Source of the DNA: the human T2T-CHM13v2.0 reference genome, Homo sapiens
DNA length: 64,000 nucleotides
NCBI RefSeq assembly: GCF_009914755.1
Contig: NC_060947.1
Reading direction: 5' to 3' (one strand)
This document shows positions 58,727-64,000 of this stretch, piece after piece (the stretch's first letter is position 1; every line of letters starts with the position of its first letter). The translations under genes were made by a program, and so were the position numbers. A model generated the notes under the pieces. That model ran no database searches, was not told the DNA's origin, and worked only from the letters and a program-made list of their open reading frames with translations.

Positions 58727-59250
58727 GAGTCAATCAACAGAAAAATAGATTACAAAAATATGGTTCATATATCCTGTCATTTGCAACAACATGGATGGAA
58801 CTGGGGATTATTATTTTAAGTGAGATAATCCAGACACAGAAGGACAAACATTGTATGTTCTCATTTATTTGTGGGACCAAAAAATCAAAGCAATTTGACT
58901 CATAGGCATAGAGAATATAAGGATGATTACTAGGGGCTGGGAAGGGTAGTAGGGGCCTGGAGTAAGGTACAGATGGTTAATGGGTATAAAGAAATAGAAA
59001 GAATGAAGAGTACCTAGTATTTCATAGCACAACAGGATGCTTATAGTAAAAAATAACCTAATTGTAAATTTCAAAATAACTAAAAGAGTGTAATTAGATT
59101 ATTTGTAACAAAACAGATAAATACTTGAGGGGATAAATACCCTATTATTTATGATGTTATTGTTTTTCACTGTATTCCTATATCAAAACATGTTATATAC
59201 CCCAAAATATATACCTGTTATATACTCACAAAAATTAAATATAAAAAAAT
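58727..59250 (+). mobile_element. 5'-truncated L1MA1/2-like 3' end nested in host ORF2
   Basis: 3'UTR and A tail. Host ORF2 resumes after a degenerate TSD (ttaaaaagatcttt / ttaaaacatcattt). Confidence 0.8.
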
Positions 59251-60499
59251 TTTAAAACATCATTTATCATACCAAGTGAAATTTATTCCAGGGATTCAAG
59301 GATGGTTCAACATATACAAATCAATCAATATGATACATCATAGAAACAGAATAAAGAGCAAAATCTATATGATCATTTCAATTGATGTTGAAAAGGCATT
59401 TCATAAAATTTAACATCCCTTCATGATAAATTCCCTCCATAAACTGGGTATAGCAAAAAACATAACTCTTCATAATGTAAGTTATATAGGACAGACCCAC
59501 AGCAAGCTTCATAATGGATGAGAATAAAACTGATTCTTTATTCTAAGATCTGGAGCACAAAGATGCAGACTTCCACCACTCTTATTTGACAGAATATTGG
59601 AAGTCCTAGTGACAGCAATCAAGCAAGATAAAAAAAATAAGAGTATCCAAAATGAAAAGAAGAGGTCAAATTATTCTTGTTTGCTGTTTTTGTAATCTTG
59701 TATTTGAAAAAAAAACTAAAGATTCAGCAAAGAAACAATAAGAACTTATAAACAAATTCAGCAATATACAAAAATGTATCATTTCTATATGCCCACACTG
59801 AACAATTTGAAAAAAAAATCAAGAAAGTAATCCCATTTAAAATAGATACAAATAAAATGTAATATTTAGAAATTAACCAAAAAAGTGAAAGGTCTTTTCA
59901 ATTAGAACTATAAAGCTTTGATTCATAAAACCAAAGAGGACACAAAACAATGGAAAGATGTCTCATGTTCATGGATTGAAACAATCAATATTGTTAATAT
60001 GTCCATAGTTCACAGAGCAATCTATATATTTAATACAATCCTTATCAATATACCAATGACATTATTCAAAGAAATAAAAAAAAATCCTAAAATTTATATG
60101 GAACCACCAAAGACCCAGAAGAGCCAAAGCTATGTAAAGCAAAAAGAACAAAACTGGAGGAATCACATTACCTGGCTCATAAATTATAATACAGAGCTAA
60201 GTTAACCAAACTGATGTGGTGCTGGCATAAAAACTGAGAAATAGAAATGTAGAACAAAATAAAGAACCCAGAAATAAACGTATAGATCTACAGTGGACTC
60301 ATTTTCAAAAAAGTTTACAAGAATATGCATTGGAGAAAGGACAGTCTCTTCAATAAATGGTGCTGAGAAATCTGAATATGCATATGCAGAGGAATGAAAC
60401 TTGACACCTATCTCTCATCTTATTAAAAAATCAAACCAAAATGAGTTAAATGCTTAAATCTAAGACCTCAAATTATGAAAATGGTAAAATAAAATATTG

Positions 60500-60793
60500 G
60501 GGTCCAACATGGTGGCTCATGCCTGTAATCCCAGCACTTTGGGAGGCTGAGGCAGGAGGACTGCTTAAGCCCAAGAGTTTGCAACCAGCCTGAGTAACGT
60601 AGTAAGATCTCATCTCTACAAAAATGTGATAATAATAGTAATAAATTAGCTGCATCTGGTGTCACATGCCTCAGGATAAGGCAGAAGAATAGCTTGAGCC
60701 TGGGAGGTCGAGGCTGCAGTGGGCCATGATTGTGCCACTGCACTCCAACCAGGGTGACAGAATGAGATCCTGTCTCATTAAAAAAAAAAAAAA
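60500..60793 (+). mobile_element. AluJ (Jo/Jr-like) with a short right-arm deletion
   Basis: 'ggaggactgcttaagcccaagag', 'gaggtcgaggctgcagtgggccatgattg'. Confidence 0.9.
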
Positions 60794-60854
60794 GAAAAAG
60801 AAAGAAAGAGAGAAGAAAGAAAGAAGAAAGAAAGAAAGAGAAAGGAGAAAGAAA

Positions 60855-60911
<57 letters not shown>

Positions 60912-60944
60912 AAAGAAAGAAAGAAAGAAAGAGTGAAAGAAAGA
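60781..60944. repeat. A/(GAAA)n polypurine tract derived from the Alu tail
   Basis: About 160 bp of almost pure A/G, including a long perfect GAAA run. Confidence 0.95.
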
Positions 60945-62589
60945 ATTGTGAAAATTTTTAAAATCATTGGACTGGGCAAAGAATTCTTGAGCAAAGAATA
61001 CTTCACAGGCACATGCAACCAAACCCAAAATGGACAAATGGGATCATGTCAAGTTAGAAAGCTTCTGAACAGCAAAAGAAGCAACCAAGTAAAGGGATGA
61101 CTGAAAGAATAAAAGAAAATATTTGCAAACTACTCATCTGACAAGAAATCAATAACTAGAATTTTTAATATATACAGTTGTTTTCTAATAAAACATATAA
61201 AAATACAATAATCTTATTTAAATATTGACAAAATATCTGAATAAGTATTTCTCAAAAGAAGACATACAAAGGAAAAACAATTATATAAGAAAGTGTTCAA
61301 CATAATTGATTATCAGGGAAATGCACATTAAAACTATGATAAATATTATCTCACCCCAGTTAAAATAGCTTTTATCCAAAACACAGGCAATAATAAATGC
61401 TGGCAAGGATGTGGAGAATAGGGAACCCTCATATACTGTTGGTGGGAATGTAAGTTAGCACACCACCATGAAGACCAGTCTGGAGGTTCCTCAAATTCTA
61501 AAAATATAGCTACTATGTGATCCAGCAATCCCACTTTTAGGTATACACCCAAAAGAAAGGAAATCAGTACATCAAAGAGATATCTGCACTCCCATGTTTA
61601 TTGCAGCTCTATTGAAAATAGTCAGAATCTGAAAGCAACGTTAGTGTCCATCTACAGATGAACAGATTAAAAATAATATGGTGTGTATACAAAATGAAGT
61701 AAAATTTGACCATAAAAAAATGAGATCCTGTCAATGGCAACAAGATTGATGAAACTGGAGGTCATTTTGTTGAGTGAAATAAGCCACAGAAAAAAAAAAA
61801 TCACACGTTCTCACTTATCTGTGAGAGCTAAAAATTAAAAAGAGTGTATTCATAGAGATAGAGAGTAGAGGATGGTTACCAGATGCCGGGAAGGGCAGTC
61901 GGGGGCTGGGGGAAAGCAATGAGATGGTTAATAGGTACCAAAAAAAAAAAAAAAAAAAAAACAGAGTGAATAAAACCTAGTATTTGCTAGCACAACAGGA
62001 TTACTGTAGTAACATTAATATAGTTGTTTATTTTTAAATAACTGAAAGAATATTAAATTGTTTGAAAGAAAATATAAATGCTTTAGATGATGAATGCCCT
62101 ATTTACCCAGAGGTAATCATTACACATTGCATGCCTGTATCAAAATATTTCATGTAACCCATAAATATATAAACCTACTCTGTACTCACATAAAGTAAAA
62201 ATAAAAAATAAATTAAAAAACAAACCTATTAAAGCACATTCTGGTAAAATTAGACATTTTTTAAATGAATAGACTCATAGAGGAAGACTTTTTCGTACTT
62301 ACATTAAAAGTGAATAAGACCAAGGCAAAAGTTTGTGTTAGAGTAACAGATAAATAATATCAAAAATAAATTACAATGTTAAGAAATTGTGCTTAGGGAA
62401 GAGGGAAAAAATGGATCAGAAAACACAAACGCCAAACTGATATGATGTCAGAGACTACCGTTTGTAACAGAAACAGAGAAGAAAGAAATACTTTTTAAAA
62501 GTCAATATATTTCAGGTTTCAGAATAATTATGAAAATATTCTGCTTTTGAGTTATATAGTTCAGAAATTATAAAGCAAAAACCTTAAAA

Positions 62590-64000
62590 TTATTATTTTT
62601 TTATTTTGTGCATATATAGTAGGTGTATATATTTATGGGGTACATGAGATATTTTAATATAGGCATGCAATGTGGAATAAACACATCATAGAGAATGGGG
62701 TATCCATCCCCTAATGCATTTGTCCTTTGAGTTACAAACAATCCAATTACACTCTTTAAGTTATTTTTAAATGTACAATTATTATTAACTATAGTAACCT
62801 ATTGTGCTATCAAATAGTAGGTCTTATTAATTTTTTCTATTTTTTGTACACAATAACAGTCCTACCCCCACAGCCCCTCACTACCCTTCCTGGTCTCTGG
62901 TAACCAACCTTCTGCTCTCTACATCCATGAGTTAAACTATTTTGGTTTTTAGATCCTACAAATAAGTGAGAACATGCAATGTTTATTTTTCTGTGCCTGG
63001 CTTATTTCACTTAGTATAATAACCTCCAGTTTCATTCATGTTATTGCAAATGACTGAATCTCATCTTTTTTATGACTGAGTAGTACTACTTTTTGCATAA
63101 ATATCAGAGTTTCTTTATCCATTCATCTGTTGAGGGTCACTTAGGTTGCTTACAAATATTAGCTATTGTAAACAGTGCTGCAACAAATATAAAACTACAG
63201 ATATTTCTGTGATATCTTAATTTTTTTTTCTTTTATGTGTATACCCAACAGTGAGATTGCTGAATCCTATAGTAGCTCAGTTTTTAGTTATATCCGGAAC
63301 CTGTAAACTGTTCTCCACAGTGGCTGTAATAACTAACATGCTAACCAACAGTGTATGAGGGTTCTCTTTTCTCCATATCCTTGCCGGCATTTGTTACTGC
63401 CTGTTTTTATGATACAAGACATTTTAACTAGAGTGAGATGATATCTCATTGTAGTTTTGATTTGTGTTTCTCTCATAATCCATAATGTAGAGCACCTTTT
63501 TATATGCCTGTTTGCCATTTGTATGTCTGCTCTTGAGAAATGTTTAGTCAAGCCTGTTGCCCATTTTTGATTGGATTATTATATTTTTTCCTATAAGTTA
63601 CTTGAGCTCCTTACATATTGGTTATTAATTTTTTATTAGTTGGGTAGTTTGCATTTTTTCCATTCTGTGGACTGTCTCTTAAGTTATTTGATTGTATCCT
63701 TTGCTGTGCAGAAGCTTCTTAACTTAATGTGATCTCATTTGTCTATTTCGGCTTTGGTTGCTTGTGCTTTTAAGGCACTGCTCAAAAAAGTATTTGCCCA
63801 AACCAATGTCCCGGAGGTATTCCCCAATTTTTTGTAGTACTTTCATAGTTTGATGTCTTAGATTTAATTTTTTAATCTACTATGATTTGATTTTTATTAT
63901 ATGGTGAGAGATAGGGGTCTAGATTTATGCTTTGGGGTATGGATATCCAGTTTACCTAGAACCATTTATTGAAAAGATTGTCTTATTCCCAATAAATGTT
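62590..64000 (-). mobile_element. L1MA1-like 3'UTR and ORF2 3' part, continuing past the window edge
   Basis: 'cacatcatagagaatggggtatccatcccc..gagttacaaacaatccaattacactctttaag'. ORF 63333-63551 is ORF2p C-terminal. Confidence 0.87.

Larger units (their letters stand above)
49200..62220 (+). mobile_element. L1MA2/3-like element (5'UTR, ORF1 deleted, ORF2, 3'UTR) hosting HERV-L, an L1MA fragment and an AluJ
   Basis: 5' 'aagatggcagaatagaag'. Jump to EN near 49835. ORF2 reads through the provirus TSD (gagacattc|cattccaactgatacc). L1MA terminus at about 62160-62220. Confidence 0.83.

Noticed and set aside
60468-61100. F/L/S-rich and K/E/R-rich ORFs
   Set aside because: They are translations of an Alu and the GAAA microsatellite.

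Overview
Primate (human-like), AT-rich genomic DNA made almost entirely of nested, decayed transposable elements. I find no host protein-coding gene, RNA gene or CRISPR array, and every long ORF in the track is a LINE-1 ORF2 or ERV-L fragment. Main contents: a young L1PA3-like element running off the left edge; several older L1MA/L1MB/L1MC elements acting as hosts; a full-length L1PA15/16-like element with a perfect 21-bp TSD carrying THE1A and L1PA5 insertions; a near-complete HERV-L provirus (MLT2A2 LTRs, gag-pro-RT-RNaseH-IN-dUTPase, CATTC TSD) at 50770-58252; a deleted older ERV-L/MLT2 remnant; solo LTRs; four Alus; MADE1, MER8 and MER58; and microsatellites. I cannot support a previously undescribed biological system here. 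The most notable observations are mechanistic fossils: a 3' transduction, a probable 5' extension, two template-switch hairpins apparently in one old L1, and deletion junctions. Subfamily names come from remembered consensus motifs, not from a RepeatMasker run, and boundaries without a TSD are approximate.
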